The notes beneath the pieces were generated by a model. It searched no databases and had not been told where the DNA came from. It worked only from the letters and a program-made list of their open reading frames with translations. Source: Candidatus Phoenicimicrobium oleiphilum (lineage in GTDB: Bacteria > Atribacterota > Phoenicimicrobiia > Phoenicimicrobiales > Phoenicimicrobiaceae). From it: 64,000 nt of DNA. Positions 9,486 to 18,561 of this stretch are shown here, piece by piece. How positions within the stretch are numbered: the stretch's first letter is position 1; each line of letters opens with the position of its first letter. Both the position numbers and the translations under genes were made by a program. Location: NCBI GenBank assembly GCA_039638295.1, contig JBDIWJ010000005.1, positions 416 through 64,415 of the forward strand, read 5' to 3'.

Positions 9486-10622
9486 TCACACTTTAATTAT
9501 ATTTTCTTTATAGAACACATTTCTTTTTTCTAATTCTTTCATTACCCTCTGATATACTTTATGTTCCCTGCCTATATATTCTGGAGGAGAAATCCCTTTA
9601 CGGGAATATTCTCCCTGAGCTACCAGGCGAGCCATAATTGCACAGGGAAAACCAGTCGTACGTGACATAGAGGTAGCTTCCTCATTCTCGTCATAATAAT
9701 CTAATAAATCATAGATATAACATAGTCTTTTTTCTTCTTTCTTACCTTGAACAATTACCCTCATCACTGTTAACTCTCTTTCTCCTTCTTTTAATCCCCA
9801 TTTGGAAAAAAGCAATTTAGAGGCAACATCTATAGGGCTGACTTTTACCCCTCCTGCTTCTATAGGTTTTTCATTAAAAAATCCTGTCTCTCTTAACATC
9901 CGCATCTTTTCCGCATACCCTGGATAACGCAAGGTCTTCTCTCTCATAGAGGGAATTTTAATGGTGTAAAGTAGACTACGAAGTCCATCAGTATTAAAAG
10001 CTTCTAAAGTACCAATTCCTGGTAAATCAACCAATTCAAGATCAGAAAGCGCGGGTTTTTCTACAATTTTTCCGCATTCAATTAATCTTGCCGGTCTTAT
10101 ATATTCTTCTATAACATCTTTAGGAGACCAGGCAATTTTATATTCATAAGGCCATTCTCTTATTACTGGAAGCCCTCCTACTAAAATAGTAGCACTCTCG
10201 GTTTTATCCAACAGGCTATAGACATAACCTACAATCATATGACTCATCCCCGGAGCTACTCCCATATCCACCACAGCAGTTACTCCTCTACTTTTAGCAA
10301 GCCCATCCAGGCTTAAAGTATCTTCAGCCATAAATGATATATCAACTATGTTCTTACCAGCTTCAATAACCGACCGCAACATATTAAATCCTAAAAACCC
10401 TGGAACAGCACCAATTACAATATCTTGATCAGCAACTATCTTTTTAATATCACTCGAAACAGATAAATCTGCTTTTACACCTCTTATTCCTGCATCTTTT
10501 GTTAACTTATCCAATCTTTTTTCATCAATATCTGCTACAGTTACTTGAATATTTTTATCTTTTGCTAAATCTTTGGCAATTAATCCGCCTACCAAACCAC
10601 AACCCAGTACTATTGCTTTCAT
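9486..10622 (-). CDS. Saccharopine dehydrogenase-family NAD(P)-binding oxidoreductase (paralog 2)
   Basis: N-terminal MKAIVLGCGLVGGLIAKDLA Rossmann fold, 378 aa, same family as 7613-8857 but divergent. Confidence 0.7.
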   Translation of the reverse strand: MKAIVLGCGLVGGLIAKDLAKDKNIQVTVADIDEKRLDKLTKDAGIRGVKADLSVSSDIKKIVADQDIVIGAVPGFLGFNMLRSVIEAGKNIVDISFMAEDTLSLDGLAKSRGVTAVVDMGVAPGMSHMIVGYVYSLLDKTESATILVGGLPVIREWPYEYKIAWSPKDVIEEYIRPARLIECGKIVEKPALSDLELVDLPGIGTLEAFNTDGLRSLLYTIKIPSMREKTLRYPGYAEKMRMLRETGFFNEKPIEAGGVKVSPIDVASKLLFSKWGLKEGERELTVMRVIVQGKKEEKRLCYIYDLLDYYDENEEATSMSRTTGFPCAIMARLVAQGEYSRKGISPPEYIGREHKVYQRVMKELEKRNVFYKENIIKV

Positions 10623-10649
10623 ACTTTTATTGTTTCCTTTCCTTATTTT

Positions 10650-12023
10650 CTATTTATCGCTTACTAAAAGTTTCATATATTCTCCGATTTCATTGATATT
10701 CTCTAATTCCTTAGTGGCTTTTATAATATCCTCCATTCTGGAAGGAGAGATTTTTTTCTCAGAGTTGGCTTTAAATTTAGAAATAAGTTCTTCTTCGCTT
10801 AGAGGCCGCTCCGATTGGCCTTTGGCGAAATCTTCCTGTTTTTTATATTCTCCCTTGGAAGTTTTAATGGTCACAATAGCTCGTTTTACTTTGGGGAAGA
10901 GGGCATCTATTTCAGGGTTGGCTATTACCTTAATCTTTTCGAGCAATGACCAGACAAAAGGGTCTCGTAAGGCATCTTCTTCAAAATCAGAAGGAAGGAC
11001 ATTGCCCTTAGCTACTGCAACTGCTATACAGTAGGGTAGTGAATGGTCAGCAGTCTCTTTAGTAGTAGGTTTATATTTACTGGGGTCAGAAAGAATATCT
11101 GCCCCCCGAGTTGTAGTCTCTACTAAAACTTCTTTTACTTCTTTTGGGTCAATACTATTTTCTTGCATAACTTCTAAAGCAGCAGTAATGGGCTGATGAG
11201 TTAAAGCTTCAGTGGGAAAAGCTTTATAACCACATTGATTAATCAGAAATTTTTCTCCTAATCCTTTGGTTAAAACATCTCTATCCCATTTTACTTTATC
11301 CAATACTTCAAACAATCCTTCTTTACCTTCAAATACTTCTACCGGACCGGTATAACCTCTGCTGGCCAGTAAGGCAGCCCGTACACCCGCCTCCACAGCG
11401 AAAGGATCGGCCGCATTTTTCATATTAGTAAGATGACCGGCTACTACTCCTCCTAAAGTAAAATGAGAAGAACCGCTAATCCCGAGGGCAGCGACTATCT
11501 CATCTTCGCTTAGTTCCAACATCCTTCCGGCTACTACAGGACTTACCAATTGAGTTAGGGTTGCATGATGCCAGCCTATCTCCCGAACTCCCGGGGAAGC
11601 AGCCTGACATAGACGCATCTCTAATTCATAAGCAATCACTATCCCCAACAGTACTTCTTCCCCATTTTTCTTCATAAATTCTCCAGTACTAAGGACGGCA
11701 GGGATAATATCTGAAGGATGGGAGGGATCTTGTTCCCAGTAGATGTCATTATAATCCAAAGCCCTAATAAGTAAGGAATTCAACAAAGTAGCTAGTGGCA
11801 AATTGGTTTTCTCTCCCCACCCAATAACAGTACTTTGTTTCTTTCCACCTAAATCTCGAATGTAATTATAAGCTGCTTGGGTATCTTTATTATTCAAAGC
11901 AGAAAAGGCACACCCCACACTATCTAAAAGAAACCTTTTAGCCTCTTTTATAGCTACAAAAGGAATATCTTTATAATTTAATCCGAGGGTAAACTTAGCC
12001 CATTTTTGACTTATGGTCTCCAT
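10650..12023 (-). CDS. MmgE/PrpD-family dehydratase (2-methylcitrate dehydratase-like)
   Basis: 457 aa; N-terminal FLLDSVGCAFSA and overall MmgE/PrpD architecture. Confidence 0.75.
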   Translation of the reverse strand: METISQKWAKFTLGLNYKDIPFVAIKEAKRFLLDSVGCAFSALNNKDTQAAYNYIRDLGGKKQSTVIGWGEKTNLPLATLLNSLLIRALDYNDIYWEQDPSHPSDIIPAVLSTGEFMKKNGEEVLLGIVIAYELEMRLCQAASPGVREIGWHHATLTQLVSPVVAGRMLELSEDEIVAALGISGSSHFTLGGVVAGHLTNMKNAADPFAVEAGVRAALLASRGYTGPVEVFEGKEGLFEVLDKVKWDRDVLTKGLGEKFLINQCGYKAFPTEALTHQPITAALEVMQENSIDPKEVKEVLVETTTRGADILSDPSKYKPTTKETADHSLPYCIAVAVAKGNVLPSDFEEDALRDPFVWSLLEKIKVIANPEIDALFPKVKRAIVTIKTSKGEYKKQEDFAKGQSERPLSEEELISKFKANSEKKISPSRMEDIIKATKELENINEIGEYMKLLVSDK

Positions 12024-12255
12024 TTTTTCACCTTCCTTTTAATTTGGTTAGTTGATTACCTAGTTACCTGGTTCGCTAGTTAACCGGTCTTCTAGTCATT
12101 TCAGTCGTTAACCTCTACTGTATAGGTTTGAATTTATTCGACCAAAATTATTTGGTAATCTTTTTAGCGGGCTCGATGAATCGAGCCCCTACTTCTGGCT
12201 TCTGGATCTTTAACTCGTAACCTGTAATTTATAACCCATTACTTATTACTCATTA

Positions 12256-13383
12256 CTAATTACTTTGTATTTTTCTGGCTACTTCCCTGGCTACATCTAA
12301 AGTTGAGGCTGTTCCGCCTAAATCATAGGTCCTGACTTTTCCTTCCTCAATGACCTGAGCAATAGCATTTTCTAATCTTTGAGCCAATTCTTTTTCCCTT
12401 AAGTAATCCAACATTAATTTAACTGTTAAAAGCATGGCCATAGGATTTACTTTATACTGCCCTGCATACTTAGGAGCAGAGCCATGAGTAGGCTCAAAGA
12501 CGGCATAGTCATCACCAATGTTAGCACTAGAGGCAAAACCTAAACCTCCTACCAATTGTGCACATAAGTCAGAAATTATATCGCCGAACATATTAGAAGA
12601 AACCAAGACACTATAATTTTGAGGGTTCTTAACCAACCACATACACATTGCATCTACATTGGTTTCCCACAATTCAATCCCGGGATATTCTTGAGCAATC
12701 TTACGAGCTTCTCTTATCATTAATCCACTGGTTTCTCTGATTACATTAGGTTTTTCCACAACTGTAACTGAATTCCTTTTAAACTTCTTAGCATATTCGA
12801 AGGCTTGTCGAACAATTGATTGGCAAGCTTTTCTGGTAAAAATTCGGCAGGATAGAGCAATATCTTCTAAAGGAGTATCTTTGAATCTTTTCATTTTAGG
12901 ATGATTTTTTAAAAGAGAATCCATTACTTCTTTAGGTAGAGGATGAAATTCTATCCCACTGTATAACCCTTCGGTATTTTCTCGAAAAACTACCAAATCT
13001 ATATCGTCTCTATAATTCAAAGGATTTCCTTTGTAGGCTTTGCAGGGTCTCAGGTTAGTATGTAACTTAAATTCCTGGCGTAATCTTACAATAGGGCTCG
13101 AATAGACATAACCCTTTCCTTTAACTTCAGGAGCAAGTTCCTTTTCTGCTTCCTCTTTAGGTTTAGAGGTTATTGCTCCAAAGAGACAACAATCAGTTTC
13201 TTTAAGAATTTTTATGGTCCTATCAGGTAAAGGGTTTCCTTCTTTTTTCCAAAATTTCCAACCAACATCGCCGGGTATATAATCAGCATCCAGTTTTAGC
13301 ACATCTAATACGATCTTCGCTGCCTCCATTACATCATTTCCGATTCCATCACCCGGCAGCCAGGCTATCTTATATTTTGCCAT
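12256..13383 (-). CDS. Isocitrate/isopropylmalate dehydrogenase-family enzyme (LeuB/homoisocitrate DH-like)
   Basis: N-terminal IAWLPGDGIGNDV, 375 aa beta-decarboxylating dehydrogenase fold. Confidence 0.8.
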   Translation of the reverse strand: MAKYKIAWLPGDGIGNDVMEAAKIVLDVLKLDADYIPGDVGWKFWKKEGNPLPDRTIKILKETDCCLFGAITSKPKEEAEKELAPEVKGKGYVYSSPIVRLRQEFKLHTNLRPCKAYKGNPLNYRDDIDLVVFRENTEGLYSGIEFHPLPKEVMDSLLKNHPKMKRFKDTPLEDIALSCRIFTRKACQSIVRQAFEYAKKFKRNSVTVVEKPNVIRETSGLMIREARKIAQEYPGIELWETNVDAMCMWLVKNPQNYSVLVSSNMFGDIISDLCAQLVGGLGFASSANIGDDYAVFEPTHGSAPKYAGQYKVNPMAMLLTVKLMLDYLREKELAQRLENAIAQVIEEGKVRTYDLGGTASTLDVAREVARKIQSN

Positions 13384-13386
13384 TTT

Positions 13387-13890
13387 TTATTCTCCCTTCT
13401 CTGCTCTCAATATTTTTTTAATATGAGGAATAAGCCCCCCATCTTTAAGAATTCCTAATACCGATTCCGGTAAAGGAGGGAAATTAAAAACTCCCTTTTT
13501 ACAAGATAATTCGCCTTTCTCGAAATCAATAGTAATCTCCTCACCCGGAGATACATTTTCCGCTGCTTCTTTACACTGAACCAGGGGAAGTCCCTGATTA
13601 ATAGCATTTCGAAAAAATATTCGAGAAAATGATTTGGCAACAATTGCTCCTACACCGGCATATTTTAGGCAGGTTGCGGCTTGTTCCCGAGAACTACCAC
13701 AGCCAAAGTTCCTTCCCGCGACAATAATATCTTCCTTTTTAACTTCTTTGGCAAACTTCGGATCAAGGTCTTCTAGGGCATGAAGAGCCATCTCTTTGGG
13801 GTCTGTTATGGTATAAGTATATTTCCCCGGAAAAATAACATCGGTATTTACATCATCGCCATATTTCCATACTTTTCCTTTAATACTCAT
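13387..13890 (-). CDS. 3-isopropylmalate dehydratase/homoaconitase small subunit (LeuD-like)
   Basis: 167 aa aconitase swivel domain; overlaps the large-subunit gene by 4 nt. Confidence 0.8.
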   Translation of the reverse strand: MSIKGKVWKYGDDVNTDVIFPGKYTYTITDPKEMALHALEDLDPKFAKEVKKEDIIVAGRNFGCGSSREQAATCLKYAGVGAIVAKSFSRIFFRNAINQGLPLVQCKEAAENVSPGEEITIDFEKGELSCKKGVFNFPPLPESVLGILKDGGLIPHIKKILRAEKGE

Positions 13891-15146
13891 TTTAAATCCC
13901 CCCTTATATCAGTAATTTCACCGTAAAGGGAAGAGATAGCGACGGTTGCCGGACTAGCTAAGTAAACTTCTGCCTCTTTACAGCCCATCCTTCCTTTAAA
14001 ATTTCTATTAGCTGTACTCAAGCAAACTTCTCCCGGAGCTAAGGCCCCTTCGTGAGCTCCTAAACAAGGGCCACATCCCGGATTCATTATTACTGCCCCA
14101 CTTTTAACTAATTCCTGAAGGATTCCTAATTCCATCGCCCGGGCAAAGACCTCCATCGAGGCCGGAAAGACTAAAAGTCTAACTCCGTTAGAAATCTTTT
14201 TACCACGAAGAATCTCGCTGGTAATTTTTAAATCTTCTATCCTTCCGTTGGTACAGGTCCCAATTAATGCTTGGTTAATCTTGGTCCCTGCCACTTCCGA
14301 AACAGGTTTTACATTGTCTACTGTGTGAGGGCAGGCAATTTGAGGTTCTAAACTACTTATATCGTAATCTATGATTTTTTCATACTCAGCATCAGTATCT
14401 GACTTTATTATTTCGTATTTTTTATTGGTTCTTGCGGTAAGCCACTGTATGGTTTTTTCATCCGGTTCTACATAGCCGATCTTTGCTCCCATCTCCACCG
14501 CCATATTGCATAGAGTCATCCTGCCCCCGATATCCATATCCCTAATTACTTTTCCGCTAAATTCTACTGCCCTATACAATGCTCCATCCGCACCTAAATC
14601 CCCAATAATGTGGAGGATTATGTCCTTGGGATATATTCCGGGGGGAATTTCCCCTTTAATATTTATTTTAATAGTCTCCGGCACTCTAAGCCAGATTTCA
14701 TCTGTAGCCCATATAGAAGCTACTTCACTTCTGCCAATCCCAGTTGAAAAAGCACCAAATGCTCCATAAGTAGTGGTATGTGAGTCGGCTCCTAAAATTA
14801 AAGTCCCTGGAAGTACATAACCCTTTTCCGGTAAAACCTGATGGCAGACTCCGGTATTAATATCATAAAAATTTTCAATTTTCTGTTCCTGGATAAATTC
14901 TCTTATCTCTTTATGATTAGTAGCATATTTCTCTGTTGCTGCCGGAACACAATGATCTAGAGGTATTACTATTTTTTCAGGATGTTTTACCTTATCAATT
15001 CCAATCTGATTGAATTTTTTGGCTATAGCAGCAGTATTATCGTGAGACATTACTATATCCGGAGATACAGTTACAATTTCTCCAGCAATTACACTTCCCT
15101 TACCCGATTTAAGAGCTAATATTTTCTCTGCAAAGGTTTTTCCCAT
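13887..15146 (-). CDS. 3-isopropylmalate dehydratase/homoaconitase large subunit, short (archaeal-type, ~420 aa) LeuC-like
   Basis: Aconitase-family Cys ligand region (GTCTNGR...GCGPCLG), 419 aa. Confidence 0.8.
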   Translation of the reverse strand: MGKTFAEKILALKSGKGSVIAGEIVTVSPDIVMSHDNTAAIAKKFNQIGIDKVKHPEKIVIPLDHCVPAATEKYATNHKEIREFIQEQKIENFYDINTGVCHQVLPEKGYVLPGTLILGADSHTTTYGAFGAFSTGIGRSEVASIWATDEIWLRVPETIKINIKGEIPPGIYPKDIILHIIGDLGADGALYRAVEFSGKVIRDMDIGGRMTLCNMAVEMGAKIGYVEPDEKTIQWLTARTNKKYEIIKSDTDAEYEKIIDYDISSLEPQIACPHTVDNVKPVSEVAGTKINQALIGTCTNGRIEDLKITSEILRGKKISNGVRLLVFPASMEVFARAMELGILQELVKSGAVIMNPGCGPCLGAHEGALAPGEVCLSTANRNFKGRMGCKEAEVYLASPATVAISSLYGEITDIRGDLK

Positions 15147-15160
15147 TTTTACCCTTCTCC

Positions 15161-15691
15161 TTATCTAAATTGTTCGAAGTTAGTAAAATCAGCATGATGA
15201 ACAATAATGGCTTCCGGGATTCTCTTAGAACGATCTCCTTCCCAGGAATGAGAGGCAATAATATGCATTACTTCTTCCGGAATTCCTTGACTGTAACAAA
15301 GACCTACTCCGGATATAGGATGACGTACCAGCTTCCCCAAATTACTCTGAATAAATTTTCCGTTCTTCTCTTTATATTCTACTAACTTCCCAATATCGTG
15401 AAGCAATGCCCCGGCAATAAGATAATCCTCATTTATTTTCACTTTATCTTCATAGATGCTTTGAAGAGCTTTCGCCGCCCCTATCGAAACATTTACTACT
15501 CCCCTAATATGTTCAATCATACTACAAGGACAGGGATCAATTAATAAAGTAAAAGGCATTCTCTGCAGGTCACTCACTTTCCATCCCCCAGCAGCAAGAG
15601 CAATCTCCCAAACTTTCAAAACCTTTTCCTTCAAATCTGAATCTTTGATTAAATTAAATTCCGGAATAAATTTTAATAAATCATCTCTCAT
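15161..15691 (-). CDS. HD-domain phosphohydrolase
   Basis: HD motif (LLHDIGK ... HHAD) in 176-aa protein. Confidence 0.65.
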   Translation of the reverse strand: MRDDLLKFIPEFNLIKDSDLKEKVLKVWEIALAAGGWKVSDLQRMPFTLLIDPCPCSMIEHIRGVVNVSIGAAKALQSIYEDKVKINEDYLIAGALLHDIGKLVEYKEKNGKFIQSNLGKLVRHPISGVGLCYSQGIPEEVMHIIASHSWEGDRSKRIPEAIIVHHADFTNFEQFR

Positions 15692-15702
15692 CTTTTCCCT
15701 CC

Positions 15703-16032
15703 TTATTCCTCGTAAGGTATTTTGATCTCCAAAAGTGGAGCGTGTTGTTGAGCACCATAAACATCAGTCTCCCCGATGCTGCCTGAATCTACTGGCCTTA
15801 CAATAGTTGCTTTTATAGCATTAGCGGGGTCAAATTCTACAAAATAAAGAACTTTTTCGATGGGAACATGGTAAAGTTTGGCAATAAGTTCTTTGGTAAT
15901 TACTTTGGTTTTCTTGACTTTTTCGTAAGTTTCCTTGTCTTTAAAAATTATATCAAAGGTCAACTCAAAGGGGCCAGCATTTTTACTTCTGATTACGCTT
16001 GCTAAGTCTATAATAGAAACCTCTTTAGTCAT
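15703..16032 (-). CDS. Small DUF4387-like protein (partner of AtuA-like DUF1446 proteins)
   Basis: 109 aa, directly downstream of and co-oriented with a DUF1446-like gene; assignment by recalled family pairing. Confidence 0.4.
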   Translation of the reverse strand: MTKEVSIIDLASVIRSKNAGPFELTFDIIFKDKETYEKVKKTKVITKELIAKLYHVPIEKVLYFVEFDPANAIKATIVRPVDSGSIGETDVYGAQQHAPLLEIKIPYEE

Positions 16033-16065
16033 TTATATACTCTCCTTTTTAAATTCCTTATTATT

Positions 16066-17424
16066 TTAAAATTCCACTATTTCTATAGAAAAAAGTTCAT
16101 CAGGGTTATCGACTTCTACTAAGTGATGAATATTAAATTTATATACCGCTCCGGTAGGTATATCTGAAGGAGCATAAGGAAAAGCTAAATTACCGGCAGT
16201 AGCAACGCGCCCCCTGTAAGAATAATGCATTAAAGTAGAACGAGCAAAAGCACAAATAGTATTGGCCAGCTCCTGGTCTTTAGCCACAACTTCCAGGATC
16301 AGACAAAGTTCATGAGAGGCAATCTCTTTTCGAGGCTCTAATTCTCCCATCACTCCGTTCTTCCCATAAATATGGAAGATTAATTGGTAATCTTCCGGAG
16401 AAATATCATTAAAGTAAGTAAGTACGGTATTACGGACATGTTTTTCACATTCATCAATCTGTTTAATCATAATAGGATCTCTTACGCCAGCAATACATAT
16501 AGTCCGATAAGCCACTTTGCTGGCACCTTCAAGTTTTATATTAATGGCTTCACTCTTATTTAGTTTAGAACCCGATACCTTTACCGCTCTTTCGCTATAC
16601 TGTTCGAATTTACATCCGCTAACATCAACCATCCCTTCCGGACCAATAATATGTAACGGGCTGGATTTTTCATAAAGAGTGTGAGCAGCTACTGTGCTGG
16701 GGATACATTTTCGCAGGGCATTAGTAGGTTCTACTATAAAACAATCCTCTCTTAAATATGCCATCATACAATCAGAGGTAGTCCCGGGAGTGGAAGCCAT
16801 AGCTCCACATTCTAAAATTTTTCCCATATGCAAAGCCAGTCCGGGGTTATATCCTTCCTTAATGGGAAGAGCGGCAAACATAGCCGGATCATTGGAACGA
16901 CCGGCAATAATAACCTCCGCCCCCATCTCTAAGGCTTTTATATAAGAGTGCACTCCCATTACCGCCACAATTCGAGTAGCTTCTTCTATATCTTTAGAAG
17001 TTAAGTCGGGGACGGGACCTAAGGGTTTTATCTTTCCTTGAGCTAACTTCTTTTGAAGATAATCTTTTTCAACTTCTGCATGAATTAAAGCCATCTTAAA
17101 GTGTAGATTTTTTTCTTTAGCAATTTCTTTTACTATTTCTAAAGTCCAATTAAGATGGACTTCTGCACCAGAACCTCCAGCAGAACCGATAATAACCGGG
17201 ATTTTATGTTCGCAACCCGCTGTTAACATTAAAGTAAGGTCTTTTTTGGTTGCTTCTTTGCTTACAATACCCACTCCTGCTCCTAATTTATGGGGGCCGG
17301 CATCAGTGGAGCCGGCATCAGCAGCAATAACATGAGGTTTCTTTTCTAAACCCTTTTGAAAAGATTCTGCCGGGAAACCATATCCTAACATCCCTACCGG
17401 TGATAGAACTCTTATCTCTTTCAT
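16066..17424 (-). CDS. AtuA-like DUF1446 family protein
   Basis: 452 aa, N-terminal PVGMLGYGF...AADAGSTD pattern recalled for acyclic-terpene-utilisation AtuA/DUF1446 family. Confidence 0.5.
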   Translation of the reverse strand: MKEIRVLSPVGMLGYGFPAESFQKGLEKKPHVIAADAGSTDAGPHKLGAGVGIVSKEATKKDLTLMLTAGCEHKIPVIIGSAGGSGAEVHLNWTLEIVKEIAKEKNLHFKMALIHAEVEKDYLQKKLAQGKIKPLGPVPDLTSKDIEEATRIVAVMGVHSYIKALEMGAEVIIAGRSNDPAMFAALPIKEGYNPGLALHMGKILECGAMASTPGTTSDCMMAYLREDCFIVEPTNALRKCIPSTVAAHTLYEKSSPLHIIGPEGMVDVSGCKFEQYSERAVKVSGSKLNKSEAINIKLEGASKVAYRTICIAGVRDPIMIKQIDECEKHVRNTVLTYFNDISPEDYQLIFHIYGKNGVMGELEPRKEIASHELCLILEVVAKDQELANTICAFARSTLMHYSYRGRVATAGNLAFPYAPSDIPTGAVYKFNIHHLVEVDNPDELFSIEIVEF

Positions 17425-17504
17425 AATATATATCTCCTCACTTCTACAAGATTGTCAGGGGAGTGAGCTCCCCTCCCATTCTTAATACATTTTTCAATCT
17501 AATT

Positions 17505-18263
17505 TTATATCTTACCCAAAACTTCTCTTATGTTTCTTAAATGTTTTAGCATAGCTTCTCCAGCTTTTTTAGCATTATGTTCTTTGATGGCCTGTAATAT
17601 TGCCTGATGTTCTTGATATTGTTTTTCTCGTCTTCCTGGTATTTGCCAGGTCTTTCCTCGAGTCTCTTTTAATAGGTCTAAATGTAATTTTATTATATTT
17701 ACAAAGACAAAATTATGAGAAGCGCTGGCAATAGCTAAATGAAATTCGGTATCTGATTCTGTTTCTTTGCCATATTTTAATTCTTCTTCTTCTTCGTTTA
17801 TTTTATTTAAAGCCTTTTCAATTAATTCTATATCCTCGATAGTGGCTTTCTGAGCAGCAATTTTAGCAATTTTAACCTCAAATACCTCTCTTGCCTCTAA
17901 AAGTTCTAAAATGGAAGATTTTTTTAAACTTGAGATAATATTTTCTGTACTGTCGTGGCCATTTTCCCTTATCTCTCGAATAAATCTTCCTCCGCCCGGT
18001 TTGCTTTTAATTAAACCTCTTGATTCTAAAACTCGGAAGGCTTCCCTTAGAGATCCTCTACTTATAGACAATTTTTCAGCTATTTCTCTCTCTGGAGGAA
18101 GTTTATCACCTGGTTTTAATTTATTATTTTTTACCAAATCCATAATTTGCTCTATTACACTTTCATATAAACGAACAGGAGTAATTTCTTTAAATTCCAT
18201 ATTTTCCTCTCTTTGGGTAATTGGGTAACTGGTCGACCCACTTTTATATTCATTATATAACAT
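17505..18263 (-). CDS. GntR-family (FadR/FCD subfamily) transcriptional regulator; true start probably internal Met (MEFKEI..., ~18200)
   Basis: wHTH EREIAEKLSISRGSLREAFRVLESRGLI plus C-terminal all-helical FCD-like domain. Confidence 0.8.
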   Translation of the reverse strand: MLYNEYKSGSTSYPITQREENMEFKEITPVRLYESVIEQIMDLVKNNKLKPGDKLPPEREIAEKLSISRGSLREAFRVLESRGLIKSKPGGGRFIREIRENGHDSTENIISSLKKSSILELLEAREVFEVKIAKIAAQKATIEDIELIEKALNKINEEEEELKYGKETESDTEFHLAIASASHNFVFVNIIKLHLDLLKETRGKTWQIPGRREKQYQEHQAILQAIKEHNAKKAGEAMLKHLRNIREVLGKI

Positions 18264-18269
18264 AAATTT

Positions 18270-18322
18270 AAAAAATCAATCTTTTTCTGAAAAAAATTTT
18301 AAAAATATTTTCGGAAGTAATA
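18270..18322 (-). promoter_or_regulatory. Sigma-70-type promoter with AT-rich UP element for the GntR gene (TTGATT-17-ATAATG)
   Basis: Minus strand TTGATTTTTTAAATTTATGTTATATAATG upstream of ATG at 18263; nearly identical UP/-35 block recurs at 24862-24915 upstream of the IclR gene (TTGATT-17-ATAATA). Confidence 0.45.
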
Positions 18323-18561
18323 CCATAAATATGATGTAAGAATAAAGATGTGAGAATAAAATTGAAGATAAACAGTTAGTTTATACAAGATTATGCATAT
18401 AGTGTGCTGTAGACAATTTTATAGTAAATTATAATTCTTGTTATAATTGAATTGTAGGGGCACAATGAATTGTGCCCCCTGTTTCATCGTTTTTCATTTA
18501 TATTGTGGGAACAAGGAATCGTACCCTTATATTAACATTTTGTTTTCCGTTTAGATTACAT

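Noticed and set aside
13455-13643. 62-aa minus-strand ORF inside the LeuD-like gene
   Set aside because: Alternative frame of a confidently assigned gene; no RBS or conservation signal
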